A DNA stretch of 64,000 bases from assembly GCA_947085655.1 (NCBI GenBank), contig CAMTXH010000006.1, forward strand, positions 70,498-134,497, written 5' to 3'. Source of the stretch: an uncultured Omnitrophica bacterium. Its GTDB lineage: Bacteria > Omnitrophota > Gorgyraeia > JACQQV01. Within the stretch, counting starts at the first letter, position 1. Each line of letters begins with the position of its first letter. Made by a program: the position numbers and the translations under genes. Positions 25,853 through 36,757 of this stretch are shown here, piece after piece. Below the pieces are notes generated by a model. That model did no database searches. It was not told the origin of the DNA and saw only the letters and a list, made by a program, of their open reading frames with translations.

Positions 25853-26857
25853 CTATTCCTTTTCTTCCTTTTTCCTCCCCCCTTTTGCCTCGCTTTTTTT
25901 CTCTTCAACCGTTTCAAACGCCCCCATTTTCCGGAATTTTTCGTACCGCTCCTCAAGAAGTTTTTCCTTTGGAAGTTTTTGAAGAACTTTCAGGTGCTTT
26001 CCGACCGCTTCTTTCAGGGCAGCGGCAGTTTTTTCCGCGTCATGGTGGGCCCCGCCGAGCGGCTCCGGAATGATCTCATCAATCACCCCCAACTCCAGGA
26101 GGTCCTGGGCAGTCAGTTTCAGGGCACTGGCCGCATCGGGGGCGCGGGCACGGTCCTTCCAGAGGATCGCGGCACACCCTTCCGGAGAAATCACGGAATA
26201 ATACGCATTTTCCAGCACCAACGTGCGGTCGCCGACGCCGATCCCGAGCGCCCCGCCGCTTCCTCCCTCCCCAATCACCACGACGATAATCGGAACGGCC
26301 AGACTGATCATCTCCCTGAGATTGTAGGCAATCGCTTGGGCCTGTCCTCGCTCTTCGGCCCCAACTCCCGGGTAGGCTCCGGGCGTATCCACAAGACAAA
26401 GGATGGGATGGTCAAACTTCTCCGCCAATTTCATGATGCGCATCGCCTTGCGGTATCCTTCCGGATGGGCGCTCCCGAAATTTCGCAAGAGGTTCTCTTT
26501 GGTGTCCCGTCCCTTTTGATGACCGATGACGGTAAGGGCAGTCCCGTCGAATTTGGCGAAGCCGGTGATAATCGCCTGGTCATCCCGGAAGGCGCGATCG
26601 CCGTGGAGCTCGACGAAATCGCTCATGATGAGGGAAATATAATCCATGGAATAAGGTCGCTGGGGATGTCGGGCAATCTGGACGCGCTGCCAGGGAGTGA
26701 GATTTTCGTAAACAGACTCGCGGAGTTCGATCAGTTTTTTCTCGAGCGATTTAATTTCCCCATCGAGGCCGATCTTTCCTTTCGACGCAAGACTCCTCAG
26801 TTCGGCAATCTGTTTCTCGAGCTCGGTAATCGGCTTTTCGAAGTTAAGGTCTGCCAC
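25853..26857 (-). CDS. accA: Acetyl-CoA carboxylase carboxyltransferase alpha subunit
   Basis: [37 protein letters not shown]. Confidence 0.98.
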   Translation of the reverse strand: MADLNFEKPITELEKQIAELRSLASKGKIGLDGEIKSLEKKLIELRESVYENLTPWQRVQIARHPQRPYSMDYISLIMSDFVELHGDRAFRDDQAIITGFAKFDGTALTVIGHQKGRDTKENLLRNFGSAHPEGYRKAMRIMKLAEKFDHPILCLVDTPGAYPGVGAEERGQAQAIAYNLREMISLAVPIIVVVIGEGGSGGALGIGVGDRTLVLENAYYSVISPEGCAAILWKDRARAPDAASALKLTAQDLLELGVIDEIIPEPLGGAHHDAEKTAAALKEAVGKHLKVLQKLPKEKLLEERYEKFRKMGAFETVEEKKSEAKGGRKKEEKE

Positions 26858-27781
26858 TTAATCACCAATCGTGACTTCCGTTCCGATCGGGATCAACGCG
26901 TAGAGTTCTTCCACATCCTTGTTGTGCATCCGGACACATCCGGCGGTAATGGCACTTCCGATGGATGCCGGATCCCGTGTCCCGTGAATACCGTATCCCG
27001 GTTCGTTGATCCCCATCCAGCGGCTCCCCAAAACGTTCTCGGGACTGTCCGACGGAACAACGGCCCCCAACGTGTACCAAACCGGATTGATGAGCTTATT
27101 GGTGATTTTGTACGTTCCGACCGGGGTGGAATCGTTTTCGCCTGTGGCAACGGGATAGATTTTGAAAATCTCTTCCCCCGCTTTCAGGGTTAGCTGATTC
27201 TGGGATTTATCTACCAGGATGCTGAAGGAAACCGAAGGCACTTTCAACTTCATGCCGGGGCGGATCAGCGCTGATTTCAGCCCGTTCGCCTTCATGAGGA
27301 GTTCAATGGTGGTGCCATGAGTCCTTGCAATCTTCCCAAGGCTATCCCCCGGCTGAACCGTCACCTTTTTATAAAGAGGGGTCATGGTGGGAGAATAAAG
27401 AATCGCCACGTTGACTTCTCCCAACCGTTCCTGCGCCAGGACAACCGAATCGGTATTGGGAAACATCTGAACGATCCTTTGATACGTTTCCTTGGCCCCC
27501 AAAAGATCCCCCCGACGGAGTTGGACATTGCCGATACCGAGAGTCCCTTTCGCCATCAACTCCGGAGAGGGGGCTTCTTGCGAAATGTCGGTATAAATCC
27601 GGAGGGCTTCATCCCACTGTTCTCCTGAAAGTGCCGCTTCTGCTTTCCGGAATAGTCCCTCATACCGGTTTTGCTGAAAAAGACTGGCCCCTTCCTCACG
27701 GGGTCCGAAAACAAACCGCACCCCCAATCCCGCCGCCAAAAGGCCGACCAGAACAAACACCAGTCCCCAACGTCTTGTCAT
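26858..27781 (-). CDS. TPR-LysM-L,D-transpeptidase
   Basis: N-terminal TM, TPRs, LysM (VQPGDSLGKIA), YkuD motif GIHGT...GCVRM. Confidence 0.93.
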   Translation of the reverse strand: MTRRWGLVFVLVGLLAAGLGVRFVFGPREEGASLFQQNRYEGLFRKAEAALSGEQWDEALRIYTDISQEAPSPELMAKGTLGIGNVQLRRGDLLGAKETYQRIVQMFPNTDSVVLAQERLGEVNVAILYSPTMTPLYKKVTVQPGDSLGKIARTHGTTIELLMKANGLKSALIRPGMKLKVPSVSFSILVDKSQNQLTLKAGEEIFKIYPVATGENDSTPVGTYKITNKLINPVWYTLGAVVPSDSPENVLGSRWMGINEPGYGIHGTRDPASIGSAITAGCVRMHNKDVEELYALIPIGTEVTIGD

Positions 27782-27797
27782 TGTTTTCCCTCAATCC

Positions 27798-28250
27798 TCA
27801 AAGTTGGAACACCAGCATGGATAGGATAATACCCAGAAAGGCTCCCATAATCACTTCGACCGGCGTATGGCCCAGGAGTTCCTTTAACCGGTCTTCCCGG
27901 ATATTTTTCTTAACATAAATATCATCCAGTATTTTGTTCAACGCTTCCGCCTGCTTGCCGGTTGCCCGACGGACCCCCTGGGCGTCAAACATAATGATCA
28001 GCGCCACCACTGAAGCCAGGGCAAAGAGCGCCGAGTGAAATCCGGTGACAAGGCCGACGCTCGTCGCCAGAGAGGCCATCCCCGCCGCATGACTGGAAGG
28101 CATTCCTCCCGTTTCCACAAACCACTGGAAATTAAAACGCTTTTCCCGGTATACGCCGAGTAGGACCTTGATCACCTGTGCAACGAACCATGACAGGAGC
28201 GTGACCCCCAAGATCCGGTTGGCTCCTACTTCCTTCAGAAAATCATGCAT
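27798..28250 (-). CDS. Divergent PAP2 (DUF212) membrane protein
   Basis: GGMPSSH, DAQGVRR, LGHTP. Confidence 0.93.
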   Translation of the reverse strand: MHDFLKEVGANRILGVTLLSWFVAQVIKVLLGVYREKRFNFQWFVETGGMPSSHAAGMASLATSVGLVTGFHSALFALASVVALIIMFDAQGVRRATGKQAEALNKILDDIYVKKNIREDRLKELLGHTPVEVIMGAFLGIILSMLVFQL

Positions 28251-28257
28251 AATTTTG

Positions 28258-29352
28258 CTACCCCCGGGAAAATCCTTTCAATCCGGACTGGAACCCTTTC
28301 AGCACCAACTCCAGTTCCTCGCGGTTGTCGGAGTTGTTCCGTGCTTCCTCCAGTGTAATTTTCCCGGAACGGTAAAGCGCCACCAGGGCCTGATTAAAGG
28401 TCTGCATCCCGAAAATCGCACCGTCCTGAATGAAGGCGGGAATCTGAAGCGTCTGTCCTTCATAAATGAGCCCCCGAATCGTGGGGGTCAGCCGCATGAT
28501 CTCGCAGGCGGGGATCCTCCCGCCCCCATCCTGCTGGGGAATCAGCCGGAGCGAAATCACCCCTTTTAAAAGAAGGGAAAGCTGAAGACGAATCTCATGG
28601 TGCTGGTAAGGGGGGAAGAAATTAATGATCCGTTCCACCGTCTGGGTCGCATTGATGGTGTGAAGGGTGCTCAAGACCAACTGGCCCGTTTCCGCCGCCT
28701 GAATGGCGCTTGACATCGTTTCCACGTCCCGGATATCGCCGATATGAATGATATCGGGCGTCTGCCGCATGATGTGGCGGAGGGCATGGTAATAGGAGCG
28801 GGTGTCCATCCCCACTTCCCGCTGGCTGATAATCGATTTCTTGTCGTGATGGATGAATTCAATCGGGTCCTCAATCGTCAGGATATGCTTTTCAAGATTT
28901 AAATTGATGTAATCAATCATACTGGCGATGGTAGTGGATTTCCCGCAACCGGTGGATCCCGTCAGCAGCACCAGCCCCCGCGTCTCGTGGCAGAGTTCCC
29001 GCAACACCTTGTCCGGAAGGTTCAGTGCTTCAAAAGAAGGAACGCTGTCCTTGATAGCCCGGAACACAATCCCGAGACTCCCCCGTTGAAGGTAGACATT
29101 GGCACGAAACCGCCCGATTCCAGACAGACTCAGCGCCAGATCCACCTCCAGGTTGCTCTCAAAGGCCCTTTTTTGTTCCTCATTGAGGATTTCGTTGACA
29201 TAGGCCTTGACCTCCTCCACCGTTAAAGTTCCGTCTCCTTCCGGCTGGAGTTTGCCGTAAACACGAAAACAGGGAGGACTCCCTGTTTTCAAATAGAGGT
29301 CCGAGGCCTCTTTCTTCGCCATCTGTTTAAGATAATCGATAACGCGACCCAT
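28258..29352 (-). CDS. pilT: PilT/PilU-family type IV pilus ATPase
   Basis: ASDL, GSTGCGKST, TIEDPIE, AETGQLVLSTLH, GMQTF. Confidence 0.9.
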   Translation of the reverse strand: MGRVIDYLKQMAKKEASDLYLKTGSPPCFRVYGKLQPEGDGTLTVEEVKAYVNEILNEEQKRAFESNLEVDLALSLSGIGRFRANVYLQRGSLGIVFRAIKDSVPSFEALNLPDKVLRELCHETRGLVLLTGSTGCGKSTTIASMIDYINLNLEKHILTIEDPIEFIHHDKKSIISQREVGMDTRSYYHALRHIMRQTPDIIHIGDIRDVETMSSAIQAAETGQLVLSTLHTINATQTVERIINFFPPYQHHEIRLQLSLLLKGVISLRLIPQQDGGGRIPACEIMRLTPTIRGLIYEGQTLQIPAFIQDGAIFGMQTFNQALVALYRSGKITLEEARNNSDNREELELVLKGFQSGLKGFSRG

Positions 29353-29370
29353 CGTTACGCCCTCATTGTA

Positions 29371-30771
29371 TCATTTCCCGATGCAGAATTGGGAGAAGAT
29401 TTTATCGAGGAGGTCCTCCGTAAAGACCTCCCCCACCACCTCGCCGAATCCTTCGAGGGCCTCCCGGAGGTCGACGGCGACGATTTCAGGTGGAGCGGAA
29501 GATTCCAAACGCTCCTGCGCCTGTTCGAGTGCTTTCAGGGAACGGGCTAGGGCTTCCCGATGACGGATATTCGTAATCAGCGTTCCTTCCGAGAGCTGGA
29601 CCCTCCCTTCCCACACACTCTGATGAATGGCCGACTCCAGCTGTGCGATTCCATCCCCTGTCGTCGCTGAGACTTTGACGAGAGGGTGCCCGTTCCGGAC
29701 GCTTGAAACATCTTCCTCCTTCAGTTTTTGGGGAAGATCCGCTTTATTGACCACAAAAATGACCTTTTTCCCTTGAATCTCCTTGAACAGCGCCCAATCG
29801 GCCGGCGCGGTCGGCTCGCTTCCGTCCAGCACAAACAGAACCAACTCCGCCCGGCTCAGATAAAAGCGGCTCCGCGAAATCCCCTCCGCTTCGATGATAC
29901 AGCCCGTTTCCTGAATCCCGGCCGTATCCACGAGGCGAACCGGGATACCCCGGATGTTCGCCACCTCCTCAATCGCATCCCGCGTTGTCCCGGCAATCGG
30001 GGTGACGATAGCGCGGTTATGCCGGAGGAGCGCATTCAAAATGCTCGATTTCCCGACGTTTGGCCGTCCTGCAATGACGGTGGTCAATCCTTCCCGGAAG
30101 ACGATTCCTGCCGAGGCGTTTTGAAGGAGAAGTTCCAGCTCCCGGATCAAGCGCTTCAGCTTTTCCAGAATCTGACCTTCATTCAAAATTTCAATATCCT
30201 CGTCGGGAAAATCGATCCCCCCTTCCACATGGCAAAGCACATTAAGAAGAATCTCCTGGAATTCCCGGATTTTCTTCGACAGTTCCCCCTGCAGTTGATC
30301 CATCGCCGAGCGGAGACTCGCATCCGTTTTGGAGCGAATGACGTCCAGCACCGCCTCTGCCTGCGAAAGGTCGATACGGCCGTTCAGGAATGCCCGCTCG
30401 GTAAACTCACCCGGCCGGGCCAGCCGTGCCCCTTGACGCAAAAGGCATTCCAAGATCTCCCGGAGGGAGACCGTTCCCCCGTGACCGAAAATCTCCACCA
30501 TGTCCTCGCAGGTGTAGGTCCGGGGAGCCCGCAATATCAGAAGGAGGACTTCATCCAGTCGCCTCCCGGTCTCGGGATCGGTCACATAGCCGTGTGAGGC
30601 CCGAAAAGATTCCATCTTGGAGGGCTTTTTGTCCCGCTTGGAAAAAAAGATCCGGTCTGCGATTTCAAGAGCCCTTTTTCCGCTCATCCGGATGACTCCG
30701 ATCGCCGATTCGCCGATCGGAGTGGCAATGGCGGCGATGGTGTCCTGTGTCTCATCACGCAATTTTCTCAT
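29371..30771 (-). CDS. mnmE: tRNA modification GTPase MnmE
   Basis: DTIAAIAT, GRPNVGKSS, GTTRD, DTAG, C-terminal FCIGK; start MRKLRD overlaps the folC stop. Confidence 0.97.
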   Translation of the reverse strand: MRKLRDETQDTIAAIATPIGESAIGVIRMSGKRALEIADRIFFSKRDKKPSKMESFRASHGYVTDPETGRRLDEVLLLILRAPRTYTCEDMVEIFGHGGTVSLREILECLLRQGARLARPGEFTERAFLNGRIDLSQAEAVLDVIRSKTDASLRSAMDQLQGELSKKIREFQEILLNVLCHVEGGIDFPDEDIEILNEGQILEKLKRLIRELELLLQNASAGIVFREGLTTVIAGRPNVGKSSILNALLRHNRAIVTPIAGTTRDAIEEVANIRGIPVRLVDTAGIQETGCIIEAEGISRSRFYLSRAELVLFVLDGSEPTAPADWALFKEIQGKKVIFVVNKADLPQKLKEEDVSSVRNGHPLVKVSATTGDGIAQLESAIHQSVWEGRVQLSEGTLITNIRHREALARSLKALEQAQERLESSAPPEIVAVDLREALEGFGEVVGEVFTEDLLDKIFSQFCIGK

Positions 30772-32129
30772 GAAGCGACTTTCTCCGCTTTCTTTTTCGG
30801 ACTTTTGGCTTCCTGAAGAAACGCGAGCGCCTCCCCAACCAGATAGAGTGACCCGGCCACTACCACAACCCACTCCCCATCAACCCGACGGCAGGCCCAG
30901 TCGAGGGCTTCGTCCAGGGAGGGAACCAATTGGAGATACCGCGAATAGGGGGCCGCATAGTCCATCAGGGCACAAACCGGAAGGGCCCGTTTATTTTTCG
31001 CCTGGGTCAAAATGACACTTTCTGCCATCGGACAGAGAATCCGGCAGACCGTTTCCACCTCTTTGTCCTGGGAAATCCCGAGAATCAGAAGAACCGGCTT
31101 TCCGGGAAAGAGGTCGCAAAGTGTTTCCTTTAACGCATTGGCAGAGGCGTCGTTTTGTGCGCCGTCCAGAATGAGGAGCGGCTCTTCACCCACCACCTGA
31201 ATCCGCCCCGGCCAATCCACCTTTGAAAGTCCCTTTTGAATGGAGGCCTTGGAAAGTGAAAATCCTTTCCGCTTCAAAACCTCACAGACGCCGATGGCGG
31301 TCACGGCATTGTCCACCTGATGTGCCCCCAAAAGCGGAACAAAAAGAAGCGGGTAGTCTCCCCCGGGACCCATCACCTGAAAACGGGTCCCCTCTCTGGA
31401 ACGGCCGAGTTCTTGAATATTGTAATGTTCTGCGACTTCCAAAAGGGGCGCCGATTTTGTCCGGGCGATCTCCCGAATCACCTCCAGCGCTTCCGGTTCC
31501 TGAGGGGCCGTCACCGCAGCCGTTTCCGGCTTCACGATTTCGGCTTTTTCGGCGGCAATGGAAGTCAAGGTTTTTCCGAGTTTGTCGGTATGGTCGTAAC
31601 TGATCGGGGTAATGACCGAAACAAGGGGATGCACCACATTGGTGGCATCCAGCCGACCTCCCATTCCGACCTCCAAGACAGCCATCTCCACTTTTCTCTG
31701 TTTAAAATAAAGGAAGCTGAGTGCCGTAAAGACTTCAAAGAAGGTAAAGGGCCCCGTCTCCTCCGTGAGAGCATCCAGTGCGGGTTTGATCTCCTCCAAG
31801 AGAAACGCCAGCTCCCCGTCGGTGATGCACCTCTGTTCCTCCCCCTTGATGGATGTCCGGATCCGTTCATGCCGCGACAAAAGGTGCGGTGAGGTATAAA
31901 GCCCGGTCGGGATTCCCGCTTCCCGAAAAATTGCGTAAAGCATCGCACAGGTGGACCCTTTGCCCCTTGTCCCTGCCACATGAACACTCCGGAAAGCGTT
32001 CTGCGGATTGCCGAGGGCATCCAGGAGTCTCCGAACCCGCTCCAGTTTCATGGCATCGTACGAGTAGGTGGTGATCTTCTCGTAATCAATCAGCGAATCC
32101 AAAAATTGAAGAGTCTGTTTCTGGGTCAT
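30768..32129 (-). CDS. folC: Folylpolyglutamate synthase/dihydrofolate synthase
   Basis: HVAGTRGKGS, YTSPHL, EVGMGGRLDATN, WPGR, GSLYLVGE. Confidence 0.96.
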   Translation of the reverse strand: MTQKQTLQFLDSLIDYEKITTYSYDAMKLERVRRLLDALGNPQNAFRSVHVAGTRGKGSTCAMLYAIFREAGIPTGLYTSPHLLSRHERIRTSIKGEEQRCITDGELAFLLEEIKPALDALTEETGPFTFFEVFTALSFLYFKQRKVEMAVLEVGMGGRLDATNVVHPLVSVITPISYDHTDKLGKTLTSIAAEKAEIVKPETAAVTAPQEPEALEVIREIARTKSAPLLEVAEHYNIQELGRSREGTRFQVMGPGGDYPLLFVPLLGAHQVDNAVTAIGVCEVLKRKGFSLSKASIQKGLSKVDWPGRIQVVGEEPLLILDGAQNDASANALKETLCDLFPGKPVLLILGISQDKEVETVCRILCPMAESVILTQAKNKRALPVCALMDYAAPYSRYLQLVPSLDEALDWACRRVDGEWVVVVAGSLYLVGEALAFLQEAKSPKKKAEKVAS

Positions 32130-32132
32130 CGG

Positions 32133-33677
32133 TCAATGTTTGAAATGGCGAATGCCGGTCAGGACCATCGCCACATCAAATTCGTTACAGGCGCGGATGA
32201 CCTCCCCATCGCGGATGGATCCCCCCGGCTGAACCATCGCATGGATTCCGGCCAGCGCGGCCACTTCGATATTATCCGGAAACGGAAAGAAGCCGTCACT
32301 CGCCAAAACCGCCCCCGCAGCCCGGTTTCCCGCTTTTTCAACCGCAAGCCTCACCGCCCCCACACGCGAGGGCTGTCCCCCGCCGATGGCAACGGTTGTC
32401 TCACCCTTTGCGATCACGGCAGCGTTCGAACGGACATCCTTGGCTACCTGAAATGCAAAACGAAGCGATTTCTCCTCTTCTCGGGTCGGCTTTTTTTGGG
32501 TCACGCAGCGCCAACGAAAAGGAGCGGTCGAAGCATCCGGCGTCTGAACCAGAAAAATGTCACGGGAAAGGGGCTTCATCTCGTGCCTTTCCCTTCCGTC
32601 CCGATAAAAAGTTTCAAAGGAAACAACCCTCAGATTCGGTTTCCGCTTCAAAATGCGTAAAGCGCTCTTCGTAATTTCCGGAGAGGCGATCACTTCAAGA
32701 AAGCCGCTTTGCAGAATCCGTTTTGCCATCCGGCCGTCCAACGGCCGGTTCAGTCCCACAACCCCTCCGAATGCCGATTCAGGATCACAAGCCCATGCCC
32801 TTTCAAAGGCCTCTTCCGCGGTCCGCCCGAGCGAAACACCGCAAGGGGAGGCGTGCTTGATCAAGGCGCAGGCCGGCTTTTTGAATCCCCTGACAATCCG
32901 GTAGGCGGCATCCAGATCCAAAAGATTGTTATAGGAGAGCGGCCTGCCCTGGAGGGCAAGAGATTCCGCCGCCAAAGGAGATGCCCCATTAAGGTAAAGG
33001 GCCCCTTCCTGATGAGGATTTTCACCGTACCGGAGGGACATCCACTTCCGGAGGGTGAGATTCAGAGATTTGGGAAGAAGTTCTTTTTTTCCTTTATCCA
33101 TTTCATTGAAGAAGCTCCGGATCGCCTGGTCATAGAGACTCGTCCGGAGAAAGGCGTGGCAGGCGAGGGACTGTTTCATCTTCTCCCGGATTCCTCCCCG
33201 CTTCAGCGCCTTCAGAACTTCTCCGTAAAAAGCAACCCCCGGAACAACCGTGACATACCGGTAGTTCTTCGCCGCCGCCCGGAGAAGGGCTACGCCACCC
33301 ACATCGATTTGCTCAAGACACTCGGCAGCGCTCATTTTTTTCCGAAGGGCTTCCTCGAACGGATAAAGATCAACCGCCACAAGATCAATCGGCTCCACTC
33401 CTTCCCTCCGAAGCGCTTTCATGTGCGAGGCTTTCGAGCGGTCCGCCAAAATCGCCGCATGGATTCGGGGATGAAGGGTCTTCACCCTTCCGTCAAGGAG
33501 TTCCGGATAGCCGGTCAGGGCTGAAATCTCCCGGACCGGGATCCGGCGGCGCCTCAAAAAAGAGGCGGTCTTGCCGGTGGAAAGAAGCTTGAAACCGCAT
33601 TGAACAAGCCCTCTCGCAAAAGGGAGAAGATCTGTCTTGTCGTAGACACTCAAGAGGGCCTGTTTTGTTTTTGCCAT
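32133..33677 (-). CDS. purH: Bifunctional AICAR transformylase/IMP cyclohydrolase
   Basis: GRVKTLHP, LRYGENPHQ, ASDGFFPF, RHFKH. Confidence 0.97.
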   Translation of the reverse strand: MAKTKQALLSVYDKTDLLPFARGLVQCGFKLLSTGKTASFLRRRRIPVREISALTGYPELLDGRVKTLHPRIHAAILADRSKASHMKALRREGVEPIDLVAVDLYPFEEALRKKMSAAECLEQIDVGGVALLRAAAKNYRYVTVVPGVAFYGEVLKALKRGGIREKMKQSLACHAFLRTSLYDQAIRSFFNEMDKGKKELLPKSLNLTLRKWMSLRYGENPHQEGALYLNGASPLAAESLALQGRPLSYNNLLDLDAAYRIVRGFKKPACALIKHASPCGVSLGRTAEEAFERAWACDPESAFGGVVGLNRPLDGRMAKRILQSGFLEVIASPEITKSALRILKRKPNLRVVSFETFYRDGRERHEMKPLSRDIFLVQTPDASTAPFRWRCVTQKKPTREEEKSLRFAFQVAKDVRSNAAVIAKGETTVAIGGGQPSRVGAVRLAVEKAGNRAAGAVLASDGFFPFPDNIEVAALAGIHAMVQPGGSIRDGEVIRACNEFDVAMVLTGIRHFKH

Positions 33678-34429
33678 GATAAGCCCAGTTTTTTTGTGAT
33701 TGGCCCTACTTTGCCGTTTCCGATAACCCGGCGATCGACCGATGCGACCGGCATGATCCCCATGGAGGTATTGGTTAAAAAGGCCTCGTCCGCCCCATAC
33801 AGTTGGGTCCGGGTAAAAGGTTCCTCCCGGACCGGGATCCGGAGTTCTCTCGATCGCCGGAGGGTCTGGTCCCGCGTAATCCCGCGTAAAATGCCGAGGG
33901 AGGAGGGAGGGGTCCAGAGTTCTCCCCCCTTCACCATAAAAAGATTCGCGATTCTTCCCTCTGTGACGTATCCTCTCGCATCCAGATAAATTTCTTCGAG
34001 GGCCTCCGGAAGCGTCAGTGAATCGATCGTTGCCAAAAGTCCGTTCGTGTAATCTTTGACCTTCAGTTGAGCATCCAACGCACTGATCACATTCCGCCGC
34101 GTGGCACTCGTCCGGACCGCTACCCCCCTTTCGTAATAGGAAAGAGGATACCGCTTTGCCTCCTTCACGATCAAAAAAAGGCGTGCACGTTTTCCCTCCT
34201 TCAAAAAGGCAAGCCGGATCAAGGCGTTCGGGTAGGGCTTCGAAGAGATTTCTTTTTCAAGGAGCCGCTTCAGCTGGACGCGCGAACGGCCGATTGAAAA
34301 ATCAAGGGTCCGGGCCGAGTCAAAGAGGCGGTCGAGGTGTTCCCCCAAAGCAACGATCTTTCTCTTCTCAGATCTCAACGTCTCAAAGATCCCTTCCGCC
34401 AAAACATCCTTCGCCAAAAATTCAGGCAT
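33650..34429 (-). CDS. Class IV aminotransferase (PabC/IlvE-like)
   Basis: GIFETLR, HLDRL, EGRIANLF, LRGITR, ADEAFLTNT; coupled to a pabB-like gene. Confidence 0.9.
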   Translation of the reverse strand: MPEFLAKDVLAEGIFETLRSEKRKIVALGEHLDRLFDSARTLDFSIGRSRVQLKRLLEKEISSKPYPNALIRLAFLKEGKRARLFLIVKEAKRYPLSYYERGVAVRTSATRRNVISALDAQLKVKDYTNGLLATIDSLTLPEALEEIYLDARGYVTEGRIANLFMVKGGELWTPPSSLGILRGITRDQTLRRSRELRIPVREEPFTRTQLYGADEAFLTNTSMGIMPVASVDRRVIGNGKVGPITKKLGLSWQKQNRPS

Positions 34430-35885
34430 GCAGAAGTTTCCCCTCCCCTTTCAGCGCCTCCACCAACGCCTGCGCTTTATGGAGACTCTCTTCGTACTCC
34501 CTCAAGGGATCCGAATCTGCGACGATACCGGACCCGACCTGAATATAGGCCTGGTCCTCTTTCAGGATGAATGTCCGGATCACCAGATTCAAGTCCATCT
34601 CGCCGTTAAAACCGAGGTAGCCGATGGAACCGGTATAAATCCCCCGGCCCACCGGCTCCAATTCGTCGATAATTTCCATGCACCGGACCTTTGGGACGCC
34701 GGTAATCGTTCCCCCGGGGAAGAGGGCCCGGAGGATTTCGAGAAAGTGATTCCCTTTTTTGAGATGCCCCCGGATGTTCGAGACGATGTGGATGACATGG
34801 GAGTATTCTTCCAGCGTCATCATTTCGTTCACACGGACCGTCCCAAAATCGCAGACCCTTCCCAGGTCGTTCCGCTCAAGGTCAATCAGCATCAGATGTT
34901 CGGCTCTTTCCTTCTCGTTGAGCAAAAGTTCCACCCGTTTTTTCAAGTCCTCTTCTTCGTCCTTCCCCCGCGGTCGGGTTCCGGCAATCGGGCGGGTCTC
35001 GAGCCACTCGCCGTCTTTCCGGACCAGCCGCTCCGGCGAGGAACTCACAATTGCAAAATCGCCGAAATCAAAAAAAGCGGCAAAGGGAGAGGGATTGATC
35101 TGCCGGAGATGTTCATAGAGAAAATAGGGGGGGCCGCTGTAGGAACCGTGAAGACGTTGGGAGAGGTTTGCCTGAAAAATATCCCCCGCCCGGATGAAAT
35201 TTTTGGCCCGTTCCACCATCCATTTGAATTCAAGATAAGACATATTGGATGAAATTCGGGAGACGCGGATCGTTTCTTCTTTTTGAACTGGGAAGGAGAC
35301 GCTTCGAAGAAGGTCCTCCATGCTTTCAATCTCTTCGACGGCGCGGGCATACCCTTTTTCCCTTTCCTCTGCGGAGGCATTCGCAACAAGCCACACCTTC
35401 CCCTCGAGATGGTCAAAGGCAACCAGACGGTTCACAAACAAAAACAACAGGTCCGGCAGGAGCAAATCGTTCTTGGCAAAATTCGGAAGCCGCTCAAAGA
35501 AATGCCGCACGTCGTAACTGAAATAGCCGACCGCGCCGCCGCTGAAAGGGGGAAATCCGGAAAACTTGGGGCTTCGATGCCGGGAAAGAACTCGCCAAAG
35601 AATCCTAAGCGGCTCCCCCCGCATCGATTCCGTTTTTCCTCCCTCTTCCATCCAGACCCAGTCCCCCTTGCTTTTAAAGACCAGATACGGATCCCACCCC
35701 AAAAACGAGTAGCGGCCGGTCAGCGGATGGTGCCGGGCACTCTCCAAGAGGAAGGGGTACCCTGTTTTCAGAACCTTTTTGAGAAGCTCGGTGGGATTGG
35801 GTAAGTCTGTAACTTCTTTATATACAGGTACTTGTGAAAAGTCTTTGGCCAGTTCCAAAAACTGGCTCAAGGAGGGTGTAACCAT
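34422..35885 (-). CDS. pabB: Aminodeoxychorismate/anthranilate synthase component I
   Basis: LLES, SSPE, PIAGTRPRG, AEHLMLIDLERND, FPGGTITGVPK; folate context (pabC-like, folC) favours PabB over TrpE. Confidence 0.85.
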   Translation of the reverse strand: MVTPSLSQFLELAKDFSQVPVYKEVTDLPNPTELLKKVLKTGYPFLLESARHHPLTGRYSFLGWDPYLVFKSKGDWVWMEEGGKTESMRGEPLRILWRVLSRHRSPKFSGFPPFSGGAVGYFSYDVRHFFERLPNFAKNDLLLPDLLFLFVNRLVAFDHLEGKVWLVANASAEEREKGYARAVEEIESMEDLLRSVSFPVQKEETIRVSRISSNMSYLEFKWMVERAKNFIRAGDIFQANLSQRLHGSYSGPPYFLYEHLRQINPSPFAAFFDFGDFAIVSSSPERLVRKDGEWLETRPIAGTRPRGKDEEEDLKKRVELLLNEKERAEHLMLIDLERNDLGRVCDFGTVRVNEMMTLEEYSHVIHIVSNIRGHLKKGNHFLEILRALFPGGTITGVPKVRCMEIIDELEPVGRGIYTGSIGYLGFNGEMDLNLVIRTFILKEDQAYIQVGSGIVADSDPLREYEESLHKAQALVEALKGEGKLLHA

Positions 35886-35893
35886 GGGAAATA

Positions 35894-36400
35894 TTATAAC
35901 ATATTTCCCGTAAGGTTGGCTTGATATCGCTTCAGAAAAAGGCGGTCTTTTTCGCGACCTGCGATCTTTTTGGACATGAGCAGTTTCCGGAGCCCTCCCA
36001 CACGGATGGGGACCTCATCCACCAGAAAAATTTTCGCATCCTTTTCCAGTTCCCGAAAAACGTAACCGGAGATTCGCAGAAGAAGCTCAATCTGAATTCC
36101 CTGGGGATTGGTCGCCATCAAGGTTCCTTGCCGTTGAACAATTTCTTTTATGTGATCGGGGCGGAAGGGTCCTTCTTTCGTTGCGACATGGAATCCTAAG
36201 CGTGATAAAATACCGACTGCTTTTTTAAGATTTCCAAGGGTGTTTTCTAAAAAGAGGTCGTAGTCTTGGGTCGAAAAACTCTCGGAAGGACTTTTGGCAT
36301 AATAGTTGATCCCTGAGACGCCGACCACTACATACCGAACCCCCTTTTGGTTGAAGGCATGAAGGACTTCGGTATAAGGATCAAATCGTGGGCGGTTCAT
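35894..36400 (-). CDS. Nucleotidyltransferase-fold protein (DUF6036/AbiEii-like), candidate toxin
   Basis: YVVVG...TQDYDL and K..AGREKD motifs; ATGA-coupled to the upstream HTH gene. Confidence 0.7.
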   Translation of the reverse strand: MNRPRFDPYTEVLHAFNQKGVRYVVVGVSGINYYAKSPSESFSTQDYDLFLENTLGNLKKAVGILSRLGFHVATKEGPFRPDHIKEIVQRQGTLMATNPQGIQIELLLRISGYVFRELEKDAKIFLVDEVPIRVGGLRKLLMSKKIAGREKDRLFLKRYQANLTGNML

Positions 36401-36741
36401 CGCTTTTTCTTCGCCTTCACATAGTGTCGGTTCCATGCAAGAGTCACTTTCGGAACCCAGGACTTGTCAGTCCCATCCTCGGACAACGCCTCAATTTTGT
36501 CTACTGCTCGATCAAGGGCTTTTTCATGAAAAAGCGGTCTTTCCTCCTCAGAACCCAAAATCAGATCCCCTACCCCACAGTGAAGAAACTGGGCTATCTT
36601 GGAAAGTTGTCTCAAGGAGACTGGGCGCGTTCCAGAATCCATCGCTGAAAGATTTGAGAGATACAGGCCAAGTTTTTTTGCCACTTCGGTCAGTGTCATT
36701 CCTCTCAACAACGCTTCTCCCCGTATATGGGTCCGAACCAT
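36397..36741 (-). CDS. XRE/Cro helix-turn-helix protein, candidate antitoxin
   Basis: RGMTLTEVAKKLG...LSAMDSG.R..SL..L.KIA. Confidence 0.85.
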   Translation of the reverse strand: MVRTHIRGEALLRGMTLTEVAKKLGLYLSNLSAMDSGTRPVSLRQLSKIAQFLHCGVGDLILGSEEERPLFHEKALDRAVDKIEALSEDGTDKSWVPKVTLAWNRHYVKAKKKR

Positions 36742-36757
36742 CCGTTTCCCCCTTATT

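Noticed and set aside
25979-27193. Long antisense ORFs (for example 404 aa here, also 20231-21217, 40805-41707, 47277-48314, 63216-63995)
   Set aside because: They are shadow frames opposite well-supported genes and show no recognisable motifs.
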